A stretch of 64,000 nt of DNA. Source: Chiloscyllium plagiosum. Lineage: Eukaryota. This document shows positions 63,481 to 64,000 of the stretch, piece after piece (position 1 is the stretch's first letter; each line of letters begins with the position of its first letter). The DNA lies in assembly GCF_004010195.1 (NCBI RefSeq), contig NC_057720.1, forward strand, positions 20,823,677 through 20,887,676. Reading direction: 5' to 3'. Under the pieces are notes generated by a model. The model was not told the origin of the DNA. It made no database searches and saw only the letters and a list, made by a program, of their open reading frames with translations. The translations under genes were made by a program, and so were the position numbers.

Positions 63481-64000
63481 TTTAAGTGCACAAATACAGA
63501 AGAGATGTACAAGTTTATAATAGGAACTGTTACATCTCTGCTCTGATCCCTTTATACAATGCTTCTAAGCCTACTTTATTTTCACTCTGAGTGTATGGAA
63601 GTAAACCTATAACATATAGGTGTAAGCATACTTTCAGAATCCATTTTTTATGTAAAATGCAACATGGGAGATAAAGCAACCTGAATACATGAAGGGATTA
63701 TAGTGACACAGCATGACTTGATTGCTTTTGACGGGCAAATTCAACACGGTTTGCTTTAAACAAAGTATTCCAGGAGTGATACCGTGTACTTCTGACCTGC
63801 CCACAGTTCGTTAACAGAGCAAAGTTCAGAAATAATTTGGCTCCATCAGAAAAATGTGCATCAGAAGCAGTAAAATGCAATGCCATTTCAGTGTGTGGCT
63901 GATTAAACTGCAACCAAACAGTTAAAGAGAGAAACTTCCTCCTTATACACTGGCCCAAGAAATTAGAATTAGGTTTATTATCACACGTACTCCAGTACAG

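Overview
Eukaryotic, repeat-dense intronic DNA, almost certainly from a cartilaginous fish (shark), judged from HE1/V-SINEs, Deu-domain SINEs and CR1 LINEs. The only host coding sequence I can support is one 123-nt internal exon on the minus strand (44694-44816, HTIHWIPRSREVCQSW...LKPDM) matching ALG14 exon 3, so the rest of the window is probably the two flanking ALG14 introns. These are filled with CR1 and L2 LINE fragments, SINEs, LTR/Gypsy and RTE relics, four assembly gaps, and many Penelope-like element (PLE) pieces. The main structural signal is that four sequence-unrelated PLE families (my labels A-D) each carry a minimal type-I hammerhead ribozyme motif: stem I, CUGANGA, stem II, GAAA, 2 nt, UH, stem I'. 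Many copies are short fold-back hairpins flanked by direct repeats, and their inversion points cluster at the ribozyme. Several motif-intact hammerheads lie in the ALG14 sense orientation. Nearly all other ORFs in the track are spurious or retroelement-derived. Repeat boundaries were read by eye and are approximate.
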